Below, piece after piece: positions 23,552-33,006 of a DNA stretch of 50,755 nt; within the stretch, counting starts at the first letter, position 1, and every line of letters starts with the position of its first letter. The position numbers and the translations under genes were made by a program. This DNA is from a virus. Its lineage: Duplodnaviria; Heunggongvirae; Uroviricota; Caudoviricetes. The notes below the pieces were generated by a model that saw only the letters and a program-made list of their open reading frames with translations, did no database searches and was not told where the DNA came from. The stretch covers positions 1 through 50,755 of the IMG/VR virus record IMGVR_UViG_2908959467_000003; one strand, written 5' to 3'.

Positions 23552-23840
23552 GTCTTACCCCCAATAAGGGGATTTGCTCTATTTAATTAGGAATAAGGTC
23601 GATTACTGATAGAACAAATCCAGGCTACTGTGTTTAGTAATCAGATTTGTTCGTGACCGATATGCACGGGCAAAACGGCATGAGGTTGTTAGCGCAACCT
23701 CCTGCCACCCGCTTTCACGAAGCCAGCCATTGAGCTGGTTTTCTTTTATGCAAAGCACACCGCACCGTAGCCACAGCGGATAAGGTGATTATTTTTGTCT
23801 GTCTGGTATTTGGTTTGATGTGCTTTCAGAAAGGCCGTGC

Positions 23841-23877
23841 TTAAAACGCAAAAAGCCCCGAGCTATTAACTCAGGGC
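23841..23877 (-). terminator. tR'-like terminator downstream of the late promoter
   Basis: Minus-strand GCCCUGAG-UUAAUAG-CUCGGGGC followed by UUUUUGCGUUUU. Confidence 0.55.
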
Positions 23878-23913
23878 TTTATTTAACGAGTGCATTTATC
23901 CATCGTTGAGTCA

Positions 23914-23942
23914 AATTTACCCAACTTTATTCAAAAAGTCAA
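23914..23942 (-). promoter_or_regulatory. Late promoter PR'-like (-35 TTGACT, 17-bp spacer, -10 TAAATT)
   Basis: Minus strand reads TTGACTTTTTGAATAAAGTTGGGTAAATT, as in recalled lambda PR'; just downstream of Q. Confidence 0.6.
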
Positions 23943-23984
23943 TATTATGCCGTTAATATGTTGCCATCCGTGGCAATCATGCTG

Positions 23985-24608
23985 CTAACGTGTGACCGCG
24001 TTCAAAATGTTGTCTGCGATTGACTCTTCTTTGTGGCATTGCACCACCAGTGCGTCATACAGCGGCTTAACAGTGCGTGACCAGGTGGGTTGAGTAAGGT
24101 TTGGGATTAGCATCGTTACAGCGCGATATGCGGCGCTTGCTGGCATTCTTGAATAGCCGACACCTTTGCATCTTCCGCATTCTTTCTCAACAACTCTCCC
24201 CCACAGCTCTGTTTTGGCAATATCAACCGCACGGCCTGTACCGTGGCAATCTCTGCATCTTGCGCCCGGCGTCGCGGCACTACGGCAATAATCCGCATAA
24301 GCGAATGTTGCGAGCACTTGCAGTACCTTTGCCTTAGTATTTCCTTCGAGCTTTGCCACACCACGGTATTTCCCCGATACCTTGTGTGCAAATTGCATCA
24401 GATAGTTGATAGCCTTTTGTTTGTCGTTCTGGCTGAGTTCGTGCTTACCACAGAATGCAGCCATTCCGAATCCGGCCTGTGATTGTGCCATCCCCATAGC
24501 AGCCATCACATCAGTACCGGAAAGAGAGTCAGAAGCCGTGGCCCGTGGTGAGTCGCTCATCATCGGGCTTTTTGGCGAATGAAATTTAGCTACGCTTTCG
24601 AGTCTCAT
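23985..24608 (-). CDS. Q: Late antiterminator Q, lambda-type (207 aa)
   Basis: [44 protein letters not shown].. matches recalled lambda Q. Confidence 0.9.
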   Translation of the reverse strand: MRLESVAKFHSPKSPMMSDSPRATASDSLSGTDVMAAMGMAQSQAGFGMAAFCGKHELSQNDKQKAINYLMQFAHKVSGKYRGVAKLEGNTKAKVLQVLATFAYADYCRSAATPGARCRDCHGTGRAVDIAKTELWGRVVEKECGRCKGVGYSRMPASAAYRAVTMLIPNLTQPTWSRTVKPLYDALVVQCHKEESIADNILNAVTR

Positions 24609-25270
24609 GAGCCTTCTCCCTGTACCTGAATCAATGTGAGGTTTCCGCAGAACACTGCGCCGGTATCGATATACATCTGGTTGGCAAATTTGAGTGGTTT
24701 CACTGCTGGCGTATGACCAAAGATGAACGTGTCCGCGCCTTTGATTTCTTTCACGATCCCGTCTTGTGAGTTGCTGATTCGTTCGCGGTTCCAGATTACC
24801 TGCTGATGATCAACTGGCTTTCCAAACTCGTATTCGTCACAAGGATAATCGGCGTGGCAGATGACATATTTTTTACCTTTGCTCACCAGTTCAATGATTA
24901 ACGGAAGTTCATCTGCTTTATGGGCAAGAGCTTTAGCCAGAATTTCTTTGTCGTAATCGAGATTAAAGAACCAGCCGCCGCCATTAAGCAGCCAGTGATT
25001 GACGTTTCCGCGCTCTGATAAGCCATCAATCATCATTTGCTCATGGTTTCCACGTACAGCTCTGAACCAGTGGAATGTGATTAATTCCAGGCATTCAACG
25101 TTCTCTGTACCGCGATCGACCAAATCGCCAACCGAGATAAGCAGGTCTTTTTTGGTGTCGAATCCTATCGTCTCCAGTTTTTTCATCAGGTTCGTGTAGC
25201 ATCCGTGCAGATCGCCAACTACCCAAATATTTCGGTATTTGCTGCCATCAATTCTTTCGTAATAGCGCAT
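24605..25270 (-). CDS. Ser/Thr protein phosphatase, lambda PPase/NinI-like (221 aa)
   Basis: GDLHGCY..GDLVDRG..GNHE metallophosphatase motifs; start at internal Met 25270. Confidence 0.85.
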   Translation of the reverse strand: MRYYERIDGSKYRNIWVVGDLHGCYTNLMKKLETIGFDTKKDLLISVGDLVDRGTENVECLELITFHWFRAVRGNHEQMMIDGLSERGNVNHWLLNGGGWFFNLDYDKEILAKALAHKADELPLIIELVSKGKKYVICHADYPCDEYEFGKPVDHQQVIWNRERISNSQDGIVKEIKGADTFIFGHTPAVKPLKFANQMYIDTGAVFCGNLTLIQVQGEGS

Positions 25271-25454
25271 CTCTTTCACTCCATCCGCGATGAACCATGA
25301 GAACGTCGTTGACGATGGCGTGCATTTTCCCGTCTTTATCATCAACGTATTTTCTGACCGTGCCGCGACTACATTTCAGTCTGCGTGCTACTTCTGTCTG
25401 GTTTCCGTATGCTTCAACGAGCATGTCTGGAATGGTTTTTACTGAGAACGTCAT
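25248..25454 (-). CDS. ninH: NinH-like protein (68 aa)
   Basis: Size and position between NinG and the phosphatase. Confidence 0.75.
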   Translation of the reverse strand: MTFSVKTIPDMLVEAYGNQTEVARRLKCSRGTVRKYVDDKDGKMHAIVNDVLMVHRGWSERDALLRKN

Positions 25455-26062
25455 GCGGCCTCACTTCTGCTATTTCGCAGGTCTTTGAGTTTCTGTTGGT
25501 ACTCTGCCTTGATCGCCTTGCACTCTTCGATAGTCCAGCGATGGCGGTTATGGTTTGATTCGATTTCGTCTACTGCTTCCTGCCCGATTCGGTTAATCAG
25601 TTCGACGCGATACGGAACGAGATTTCCGCTTTTGTGTTGGTTGCACACCACGCATTGCTTGTGAATATTGCGTTCATCAAATCGGAGTTGAGGTGCCGCA
25701 GCAGTTGTCCGGTAATGTCCGGCATCCCACTGAGCAGACGTGAGCGTTCCGCACGAGATACATGGTAAGTCGCGGTCTCTTTCTCTGATGAAGGCGTTTA
25801 CGGCTTGTTGGGCTTGTTTAATCCAGTAACTGCGGGGCTTTAAGGCGAGTTTTCGAATCTTCAGTTTATCTTTCTGTTTCTGCTCCTCTCGTCGTCGTTT
25901 CTTCTCTGCTGCTTTTTCCGCTTTTTCGCGTTCTTTACTTCGTCGTTCTAGTGCTATCTTGGTTCCACACTCTGGAGAGCACCACCACTGATTAGCGAAT
26001 GCAGGGTGAAACCATTCCTGACATTCATCGTTTTTACATCGTCTTCGCGCTGGTTTAGCCAT
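25451..26062 (-). CDS. ninG: NinG/Rap-like recombination protein (203 aa)
   Basis: N-terminal Cys cluster ([17 protein letters not shown]), basic K/R/E-rich linker, lambda-like position. Confidence 0.8.
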   Translation of the reverse strand: MAKPARRRCKNDECQEWFHPAFANQWWCSPECGTKIALERRSKEREKAEKAAEKKRRREEQKQKDKLKIRKLALKPRSYWIKQAQQAVNAFIRERDRDLPCISCGTLTSAQWDAGHYRTTAAAPQLRFDERNIHKQCVVCNQHKSGNLVPYRVELINRIGQEAVDEIESNHNRHRWTIEECKAIKAEYQQKLKDLRNSRSEAA

Positions 26063-26231
26063 CGTCTTCTTCCTCGTATATTGAGCTATTCGGATCGCTC
26101 ATCAGTTCTGCGCAGCAGTGCTCACACACGTGAACTTCCAGCACATGCAGCTTCTGACCGCAGTTAGCGCACGTTAAAGCCCGCTCGACGCTTTCTTTCT
26201 GGTATTGAAGGGATTGGGATGGGCTAAGCAT
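26055..26231 (-). CDS. ninF: NinF-like protein (58 aa)
   Basis: [40 protein letters not shown].. zinc-ribbon; start at internal Met. Confidence 0.7.
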   Translation of the reverse strand: MLSPSQSLQYQKESVERALTCANCGQKLHVLEVHVCEHCCAELMSDPNSSIYEEEDDG

Positions 26232-26667
26232 GGCTTTCACCATTAAAAAGTCGCTTGTAAGCATCAATGTCTCGTTTTGCTTCACCAAGCTTTCGTCTTA
26301 ATTCCATGTTTTCTGATTCAAGCTTTTCCATGTCTTGCTGGTATCGATCGCGGTGTTCTTTCCATGCTTTTTGATACGCCTTCATGTATGTCATGTTGGC
26401 CTTTCTCTTTGCCTGACGAACTGCGTGGTGGTTTTTCACAAACCAGTCAGGGTCGTTAAATGCTGCTCTGGCGCATGTATACCAATAATTTGTTGCCTCC
26501 CTGTTTAGCCAATAAATACTGATAAATGGCAACCGGATAGACACCATTTTTCGTTGTGACTCTTTCTCGCCAAACATGTGGCCTTTTTTGATGCTAAGTC
26601 CAAATCCAGGTTGAATTAAAAGCATTGTCATTTCCTCGCACGATGTCTTAGCCACCGGATATCCCAC
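26224..26667 (-). CDS. Hypothetical protein between ninE and ninF (up to 147 aa; start uncertain), possibly YbcN-like
   Basis: ORF at a position that is empty in lambda; similarity to DLP12 YbcN is recalled, not verified. Confidence 0.35.
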
Positions 26668-26804
26668 AGGTGAGCCGTGTAGTTGAAGGTTTTTACGTCA
26701 GATTCTTTTGGGATTGGCTTGCGTTTATTTCTGGAGCGTTTCGTTGGAAGGTATTTGCAGTTTTCACAGATTATGTCGGTGATACTTCGTCGCTGTCTCG
26801 CCAC
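26628..26804 (-). CDS. ninE: NinE-like protein (58 aa, GTG start)
   Basis: Manual translation (V)[57 protein letters not shown]; AAGGAGG 4 nt upstream of GTG; missed by ATG-only logic. Confidence 0.6.
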
Positions 26805-26944
26805 ACGTCCTCCTTTTCCTGCGGTAGTGGTAACACCCCTGTTGGTGTTCTTTCACACCGGAGACACCATCGATTCCAGTAAGGTTGCCCGGGTCGAAAG
26901 CGATCGCCTTCCTTTCGCTCTCCACATCGATAACAGTGCTTCAT
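26771..26944 (-). CDS. ninD: NinD-like zinc-ribbon protein (57 aa)
   Basis: [31 protein letters not shown]; ATG overlaps the methyltransferase stop (ATGA). Confidence 0.5.
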
Positions 26945-27531
26945 GCGATCACCATTTTGCATGGTTTAATCGCCATGCCGGTAGCCAGTTCAAAATCGGA
27001 GTCGCACTGATTGCCCCACATATCCCACCCGGTCACTTTGTCGCGGCTAAATAACTCACAGCGCGGCACGTCGCCAAGCAACTTAGCTAACATGTCTCTT
27101 ACGATCGGTGGTTTTGCACTGTGCTCCATTCTCGGTGCGGTAAAGTGCTGGCATATGGAAGCGTCCATTCTCTCAGGCAACCGCCCTCGAACAGCAAACA
27201 AGCAATCCTCGCTATTTGCCCTGGTCATATGCCCCATTCCGATCGCACTGTTTCCTTTGTGCTTATTGGTTTTATGCCAGGTAAAGCCTTTCATAGTCAT
27301 CAACCTGAATCCCCACGCCTCAACTACCTTTAGCGCTTCGGCTGGCTGTGTCGGCACCCACCACATCGCTAACAAGCAAGATTCTGGATCCGCTAAATCC
27401 CATACTGGCAGTCGGCAAATGTCCTGAACATTCATAACATCGTATTTATGTCCAGCACCGCGATTGCCATCGTTGGCTTTGTCGCGATATTGCCAAGGCG
27501 GATCTGCGTAAATAAGTCGGTATTTGTTCAT
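26941..27531 (-). CDS. DNA N6-adenine methyltransferase, MT-A70 family (196 aa)
   Basis: N-terminal ..[10 protein letters not shown].. (DPPW catalytic motif); nin-region position. Confidence 0.8.
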   Translation of the reverse strand: MNKYRLIYADPPWQYRDKANDGNRGAGHKYDVMNVQDICRLPVWDLADPESCLLAMWWVPTQPAEALKVVEAWGFRLMTMKGFTWHKTNKHKGNSAIGMGHMTRANSEDCLFAVRGRLPERMDASICQHFTAPRMEHSAKPPIVRDMLAKLLGDVPRCELFSRDKVTGWDMWGNQCDSDFELATGMAIKPCKMVIA

Positions 27532-27968
27532 TCAGTTTTATCTCCCCATCTCGCTTTCCACTCCAGAGCCAGTCGCGCTTCGTCTGACCACTTAACGCCA
27601 TGTTCTGTACCGAATGCCTGTATAAGCTCTAATAGCTCCGCAAATTCGCTTACACGCATCCTGCTGGTTGACTGTCCTATTACCACAAAGCCATTCCCGG
27701 CAAGGTTAGGAACAACGTCCTGCTGCTTTAATGCTGCGGTAAACACACACTTCCAGCTTCCTGCATCCAGCCAGCGACCATGCCATTCAACCTGACGCGA
27801 AACGTCACCAAGGCAAGCCCAAAGCTTCCGATTTTGGTCTAAGCTGCGGTTGCGCTCCTGAATGGTTACTACGATTGGTTTGGTTGGGTCTGGAAGGATT
27901 TGCTGGATGGCTTGAATGGCGTTCTGCTGATGGATGGGGCTTCTTAGTTCAAACGTTAGTTTCCTCAT
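27528..27968 (-). CDS. ninB: NinB recombination protein (146 aa)
   Basis: MRKLTFELRSPIHQQNAIQAIQQILPDPTKPIVVTIQERNRSLDQNRKLWACLGDVS.. matches recalled lambda NinB. Confidence 0.85.
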   Translation of the reverse strand: MRKLTFELRSPIHQQNAIQAIQQILPDPTKPIVVTIQERNRSLDQNRKLWACLGDVSRQVEWHGRWLDAGSWKCVFTAALKQQDVVPNLAGNGFVVIGQSTSRMRVSEFAELLELIQAFGTEHGVKWSDEARLALEWKARWGDKTE

Positions 27969-28185
27969 GGGATGAACTCCAGTGTGTGATGTTAAATTCC
28001 CATTTAATTACCTTTGCATACCCAATTTTGAACCCATCAATACCTATCCACCGCTTGCCACTCCAATAAGCTGTACCACTTTGCTTGAAATGATGTGGAT
28101 GCTTAGATTGAGTGGTCACTGTTACAGGTAAATATGGCTTCGGGTATTCCCCATTTCCTGGATAACCAGATTTAATTCTGCTCAT
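27949..28185 (-). CDS. Hypothetical protein (78 aa)
   Basis: ORF between helicase and ninB; no motif recognised. Confidence 0.35.
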   Translation of the reverse strand: MSRIKSGYPGNGEYPKPYLPVTVTTQSKHPHHFKQSGTAYWSGKRWIGIDGFKIGYAKVIKWEFNITHWSSSHEETNV

Positions 28186-28508
28186 TGATACCCTCTCTCA
28201 CTTAATCGCCTCCACGCTTCGTTAAACTCTTCTCGAGTTGCGCCGGATTTTCTTTCTTCAAACATCATGCATTCGCTGATGTCTCCCCATGACTTTGGTC
28301 GCTTTTCAGCAAACAGATCATCCCATTCGAATACCCAGCGGCCTGATTTTCGGTAGTGGTAAATGGTCAGCCATGTTGTGCAGTTCGCTGGATACCCATA
28401 GAGAACTTCGACTTTTTGATCACGGTCTTTATGCTTTTTCAGCAGGATAAAGCCAGCAACCAGCGAAGCTCCGGCAAGAATGATGATTGGAATTTGCCAG
28501 TCAGCCAC
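28182..28508 (-). CDS. Hypothetical membrane-anchored protein (108 aa)
   Basis: N-terminal hydrophobic helix (IPIIILAGASLVAGFILL); lambda ren-like position but unlike Ren. Confidence 0.4.
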   Translation of the reverse strand: MADWQIPIIILAGASLVAGFILLKKHKDRDQKVEVLYGYPANCTTWLTIYHYRKSGRWVFEWDDLFAEKRPKSWGDISECMMFEERKSGATREEFNEAWRRLSERGYQ

Positions 28509-28583
28509 ACTTCCCTCTCCCCCAAATAAAAAGGCCTGCGATTACCAGCAGGCCTGTTATTAGCTCAGTGATGTAGATGGTCA

Positions 28584-30020
28584 TCAGAATCCTCCTTTCT
28601 TCTTGGACTGCGGTTCCTCGCGTTCACGGCGGCGCATTTCAGCAGACTGTTGGTCTGTGTCATAAATAGCGCCATTTGCCTGAATGCAATACACCGTGCC
28701 GGTATTGCCATGACGATTGAGACGAAGGATTAGTTCGGTTTCACCAGGTGGAACACTGTCATCAAAAGCACCTTCACGATGGATCCCCACCCAATAATCG
28801 CAATCCTGTTCAATCTGCCCTGTATCTCGTGAGTCACTTGGTAATGGGCGTTTATTGGTTCGACTTTCCAGTGCGCGGTTAAGCTGCGTCAGAAGCACAA
28901 CAACGCAATCAAGCTCTTTGGCAAGGCTCTTCAGTCCTTTGGTGATCATGCCGTAGGCAAGGTCGTTACGATCGGCCTTTTCAGCGGTCATTAGTGTCAG
29001 GTAATCGACAAGAATCATGCCAACGCATCCTTTTTCTCGTTTGATTCGACGGCTTTCGCTGACGATTTGAGCCAGAGATAATCCCGGCGTGTCGTCGATG
29101 TAAAGCAGGTCGATTTCACTCAAGCGATTGGCTGTTTCGATCGCCCTGTTGAAGTCACCATCGTAATCACCCTGATAGCCGTCATCAGCGTCATTTGTCG
29201 CCGGAAGGTAAAAAATATTCGGGTTAACACCAGACTTCTGCCCTACCAGTTTTTCCAGTATCTGATCACCTGGCATTTCAAGGCTGAACATCAAAGCGGG
29301 CTTTTTCTCATGCACTGCGCAATTGATTGCCATCTGGCTGTATAGCGTCGTTTTCCCCATCTTAGGGCGAGCGCCAATGACAAACAGAGAGCCTTTCACC
29401 AGACCTTTCGGTGACAGCATCCTGTCCAGCGATGGGATCCCTGTGCTCATTCCCCGTTGTTCGCCTGATGGGTCAAATCGCTTCTCAAGGTCGCTAACCC
29501 AGTCTTCCATGACCTCACCAAATGAACGAAGGCCGCGACGCGATCCGGTTTTTGCATGGTCTGTCAGTTGCGTGAAAATCGACTGAATAGCTTCGTACTT
29601 CTGCGTTGCAGTCATTCCGTTGCGGGAATAGAGCAATTCCGTCGCTTCAGTCATGCGGTTGATGGCGTAGCGTTCCATTGCGGTTTCACGAACCTGCATT
29701 GCATAGGCAACGATGTTTGCTGCGCTTGGCGTGTTCTTTGCGATCTCAGCGATATAAGCAAAACCGCCAACAGACACAGTTAACGATTTACGCTCCAGTT
29801 CATCGAAAAGCGTCAGCCCATCTACTGGCTTTTGCTCCCGGTGCATTCTGGTTATTTCTTCGAAAAGGATTTTGTGTGGTCGGCTGTAAAATGAATCAGG
29901 CTTCAGCATCGCCAGAACTTTCCGGACGCGCTCACTGCTGTCATCATCCAGAAGCAATCCACCAATCACCGCCTGCTCTGCCTCGATGCTATGGGGCGGC
30001 GCATAAAAATTATCGGTCAT
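28584..30020 (-). CDS. Replicative DNA helicase, DnaB-like (P22 gene 12-type, 478 aa)
   Basis: Walker A GARPKMGKTTL and DnaB N-terminal region; ATG at 30020 with GAGGGTGA RBS (track start at 30035 is GTG). Confidence 0.85.
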   Translation of the reverse strand: MTDNFYAPPHSIEAEQAVIGGLLLDDDSSERVRKVLAMLKPDSFYSRPHKILFEEITRMHREQKPVDGLTLFDELERKSLTVSVGGFAYIAEIAKNTPSAANIVAYAMQVRETAMERYAINRMTEATELLYSRNGMTATQKYEAIQSIFTQLTDHAKTGSRRGLRSFGEVMEDWVSDLEKRFDPSGEQRGMSTGIPSLDRMLSPKGLVKGSLFVIGARPKMGKTTLYSQMAINCAVHEKKPALMFSLEMPGDQILEKLVGQKSGVNPNIFYLPATNDADDGYQGDYDGDFNRAIETANRLSEIDLLYIDDTPGLSLAQIVSESRRIKREKGCVGMILVDYLTLMTAEKADRNDLAYGMITKGLKSLAKELDCVVVLLTQLNRALESRTNKRPLPSDSRDTGQIEQDCDYWVGIHREGAFDDSVPPGETELILRLNRHGNTGTVYCIQANGAIYDTDQQSAEMRRREREEPQSKKKGGF

Positions 30021-30900
30021 CGTGTTCACCCTCACGAACTTTCAGGTAGGTATTATCGTTAAGCAGGAAATCAAATCCCTTTTTGTGCCAGACGGTTCCG
30101 CGTTGATGGTTTGGACGCTCTTCGAACATCCATCGGCAATTTTCGCCTACGTAGCTCAAATAATTTCTCCAGTCCTGCATCGTGAACCCATGCCCGTCAA
30201 GCTGGCGGGTTATCACTCCGGCTTTGCGCCAGAACGTTCGGATCTGGTTTTTACGCTTGTCATTCAGTGCGCGGATTTTTGGCGCTTCAGGAAGGATTTC
30301 GTGGTAAGCATCGACAACATCCTGACAGCTAACGGAAGGTTTTTTCTTGTCAGACTTTTTGTCTGCTGCGGTACTCTCTAATACGTCAGTATTAGAGATA
30401 TTATTTATATTATTGTTTATGGACAACCGTTGGACAACCGTTGGACAATCTCCGCTGAGAGGCGCGCCATTACTGGTGTTTGCGTTGGACAACCGTTGGA
30501 CAACCGTTGGACAATTTTTTGCCTGAAAATCGTCATATTTAACGATTGTAAACAGGCTAAATTTCTTCCCCATCGAGCAAATATTAAGCATCCCTTTCGA
30601 CTCAAAAGTCCGTAATAAGCTCCGAACTTTGTTGTCGGGGATGAATGTTTCTCTGACCAGCGACGGGCGTCCAGTTATCATCTGACCGCGATCAACAGTT
30701 ATCGTACCGATATCCGTATTGACGACAGTAGATTCGTGATTAGCCTTGAGGATTAAGTGAAGCCAAAGATGTACTGCCTGAGAGTCCTTATAGAGCCTGC
30801 TGTCCATAAACTGGCGGTGTATAGAGACATACCCCATACTGGATGCCTCCTGATGTTGTACAGGGTTATGCCTGTAATCAGCTAACTTAACGACGCCCAT
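30010..30900 (-). CDS. Replication initiator, lambda O / P22 gene 18-like (296 aa), contains ori
   Basis: Position upstream of helicase; the gene encodes the iteron cluster (protein repeat CPTVVQRLSN x2). Confidence 0.7.
   Translation of the reverse strand: MGVVKLADYRHNPVQHQEASSMGYVSIHRQFMDSRLYKDSQAVHLWLHLILKANHESTVVNTDIGTITVDRGQMITGRPSLVRETFIPDNKVRSLLRTFESKGMLNICSMGKKFSLFTIVKYDDFQAKNCPTVVQRLSNANTSNGAPLSGDCPTVVQRLSINNNINNISNTDVLESTAADKKSDKKKPSVSCQDVVDAYHEILPEAPKIRALNDKRKNQIRTFWRKAGVITRQLDGHGFTMQDWRNYLSYVGENCRWMFEERPNHQRGTVWHKKGFDFLLNDNTYLKVREGEHDDR
30385..30514. repeat. Origin-like iteron array: 11-bp TTGGACAACCG repeats in two triplets plus adjacent AT-rich tract
   Basis: ggacaaccgttggacaaccgttggacaa (30421..30448) and the same again at 30485..30514; AT-rich 30385..30420. 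Confidence 0.7.
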
Positions 30901-31048
30901 GTTTCACTCCTGCTTTGGCTAGTCTGTAAACACCAACAAGGCGCTCTGCGAACGCCCTGTTATTTGCTGCGGCTACCACTAATCCCTCAGGTGAATCAGG
31001 GTGTCGAATCTCTTCTTTTTCCTGGTATTTCTTACGACGTTTTGTCAT
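30887..31048 (-). CDS. Possible small basic protein (53 aa) between cII and O
   Basis: ATG at 31048 with AGGAG 6 nt upstream; MTKRRKKYQEKEEIRHPDSPEGLVVAAANNRAFAERLVGVYRLAKAGVKHGRR; overlaps O start by 14 nt. Confidence 0.25.
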   Translation of the reverse strand: MTKRRKKYQEKEEIRHPDSPEGLVVAAANNRAFAERLVGVYRLAKAGVKHGRR

Positions 31049-31082
31049 AATTACTCCTGTGGATTGATCCAGTCTTTCTACA

Positions 31083-31361
31083 TCAGGCCTCGAAGAATTC
31101 GCCGTTCTTCGGGGCTTTTTCTTTTGTCAGCATTCTGGCTACTTTCTTAGCCAGTTCCGCCAACTCCTCGTCTTCAACACCCCATTCAAGAACAGCCAGA
31201 AGCATTCCCATTTTTGGGATGAAGCTATCTTTCCATCGAGAAATTTGCGATTCATTAATCCCTAACGCGTCGGCAACCTTTCGCTGACCACGTACAGCAA
31301 TTCGATTCAGGATGTTGCTTGTAATTGCATTCGCTTTCTTGCGAGTACTTGTAAGTTCCAT
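31083..31361 (-). CDS. cII: CII-like transcriptional activator (92 aa)
   Basis: ..GINESQISRWKDSFIPKMGMLLAVLEWGV.. matches the recalled lambda CII core; start at internal Met. Confidence 0.8.
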   Translation of the reverse strand: MELTSTRKKANAITSNILNRIAVRGQRKVADALGINESQISRWKDSFIPKMGMLLAVLEWGVEDEELAELAKKVARMLTKEKAPKNGEFFEA

Positions 31362-31419
31362 ATGTAAGTATTTCCTTAACAAATAAGAAGTTATGCGCAT
31401 CAACTTATGCGCGTTGTAT

Positions 31420-31463
31420 TCCCGCATTTCGGCGGGAATGAGGACCATGACTGTTAAAGAGCG
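31420..31463 (-). promoter_or_regulatory. nutR-like site (boxA CGCTCTTTAACA + boxB hairpin)
   Basis: Minus strand CGCTCTTTAACA then UCCCGCCGAAAUGCGGGA hairpin, between cro and cII. Confidence 0.6.
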
Positions 31464-31469
31464 GTGTTA

Positions 31470-31664
31470 CTATTTGTTTTTCTTGTTGCTTGGGAAAGGA
31501 CGAACTTCCTCTCCAATCACACTGCCATCAGGCTTTACCGTAACCATGATGTTACGGCCTGCCAGAATGGCCTTGCTGATAGCGCACTGGATTACACCAA
31601 AGTCACTGGCTGCTTTAGCCTGTCCATGGATTTTGGCGTAATCGGCAAGTGTCATTCGAATCAT
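31470..31664 (-). CDS. cro: Cro-like repressor (64 aa)
   Basis: ..[42 protein letters not shown] resembles lambda Cro; ATG 31664 with GGAGAG RBS. Confidence 0.75.
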   Translation of the reverse strand: MIRMTLADYAKIHGQAKAASDFGVIQCAISKAILAGRNIMVTVKPDGSVIGEEVRPFPSNKKNK

Positions 31665-31695
31665 ATGCACTCTCCGTTATTAACCATGAACAAAG

Positions 31696-31735
31696 AATAC
31701 TACAGGTATTCAAAGCAATCAATACTCAGGGTATT
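31696..31735. promoter_or_regulatory. OR operator sites: two 15-bp palindromes AATAC-N5-GTATT in the cro/cI divergent promoter region
   Basis: AATACTACAGGTATT (31696..31710) and AATACTCAGGGTATT (31721..31735), centres 25 bp apart. Confidence 0.55.
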
Positions 31736-31770
31736 TTTAGTTTAAGTACCTTAGCTATTAGAATTAAGCT

Positions 31771-32487
31771 ATGGAAAATAAAAAATCACTGACGACAGAA
31801 CAGCTGGAAGACGCTAAGCGGCTTAAGGCTTTGTATGAGTCAAAAAAGAAAGAATTGGGGATAACCCAATACTCAATCGCTGATGAACTGGGTATCACCC
31901 AAGGAGCGGTAGGGCATTATCTTAATGGCAGAAATGCGCTAAACGTTGAGGTTGCATCTGGTTTTGCACGATTGTTGCAAGTCTCAATTGCTGATTTTAG
32001 CCAGTCAATTGCTGCCAAGGTTGCAGAACAGGCAGAAAGCCTTAAGAGCGATGCCAACGTAAGGTATGCAGGGGAATACAGAGCAGGAAAGAGGTATCCG
32101 GTGTTAAGCAGTATCCAGGCTGGCTCGTGGTGTGAAGCATGCGAACCATACACCATTAAAGACATAGATGTTTGGCTTGAGTCTGACGCGCATATTCAAG
32201 GTAATGCGTTTTGGCTTAAAGTGGAAGGTGATTCAATGACGGCACCGGTTGGGTTAAGCATTCCAGAGGGAACATTCGTTCTTTTCGATACCGGAAGGGA
32301 GGCGATCAACGGCAGCTTGGTCATAGCAAAACTTTCTGACTCTAACGAAGCAACATTCAAGAAGCTGATAATCGACGGCGGGAATAAATACCTCAAGGGA
32401 CTTAACCCTGCATGGCCTCTCGTGCCAATCAATGGAAACTGCAAGATTATAGGCGTTGCAATTGAGACAAAACTAAGGCTGGTTTGA
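31771..32487 (+). CDS. cI: CI-type prophage repressor with S24 peptidase domain (238 aa)
   Basis: N-terminal HTH (ITQYSIADELGITQGAVGHYLNG), C-terminal autocleavage domain (..VEGDSM..KK..). Confidence 0.85.
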   Translation: MENKKSLTTEQLEDAKRLKALYESKKKELGITQYSIADELGITQGAVGHYLNGRNALNVEVASGFARLLQVSIADFSQSIAAKVAEQAESLKSDANVRYAGEYRAGKRYPVLSSIQAGSWCEACEPYTIKDIDVWLESDAHIQGNAFWLKVEGDSMTAPVGLSIPEGTFVLFDTGREAINGSLVIAKLSDSNEATFKKLIIDGGNKYLKGLNPAWPLVPINGNCKIIGVAIETKLRLV

Positions 32488-32506
32488 TCACGCAAGGGGG
32501 ACGCTT

Positions 32507-32875
32507 ATGGTTGGAACCGCTATAGCAAGCTTTTTTGGGATGTTGGCAATCTCAACAATTTACGGCTTAGCGCATGCTTTTATTACGAAATCTCTATCAG
32601 AAAAAATAAGCCAGGCTTGGACGCATAGATCGGCTCGTTTCATGATTCTAGTGGTCATAGCAATACAAGGGATATCTGCATTTATCCTCTATGGATCAAG
32701 CTTATACCTATTGTATCAAGGCGCGACATTTACGCCTTACACCAGTGATTACGGAACTCTATACGATGGTAGTGAAGACATCTCTATGGCTTGGATCGTC
32801 TTTGGTTTATCTATGGCCGTGTCTGTTGTAGCAGACATCATTAAGGTAATTCTCGTCTTAACCTTCGCTGACTAA
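32507..32875 (+). CDS. Small multi-pass membrane protein (122 aa) co-oriented downstream of cI
   Basis: About 4 hydrophobic segments; AAGGGGGA RBS; occupies the slot where lambda has rexAB. Confidence 0.5.
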   Translation: MVGTAIASFFGMLAISTIYGLAHAFITKSLSEKISQAWTHRSARFMILVVIAIQGISAFILYGSSLYLLYQGATFTPYTSDYGTLYDGSEDISMAWIVFGLSMAVSVVADIIKVILVLTFAD

Positions 32876-33006
32876 CCCATAATCCCGGCAGCAATAGCTA
32901 TCGGGATCCACTTCACATATCCCGCATAAAAATCACTGAACAAGCAGACACCGAAAAAATAAATATCCTTTGTATTCATTTGTTTATCATTATTTCATCA
33001 AAAATA

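Noticed and set aside
24605-25345. 246-aa version of the phosphatase with a 25-aa N-terminal extension
   Set aside because: The extension overlaps NinH; the lambda-type phosphatase begins at the internal Met (25270).
32872-32979. 35-aa hydrophobic ORF on the minus strand between the immunity-region membrane gene and OL
   Set aside because: No RBS, antisense to PL-proximal sequence, too short to support.
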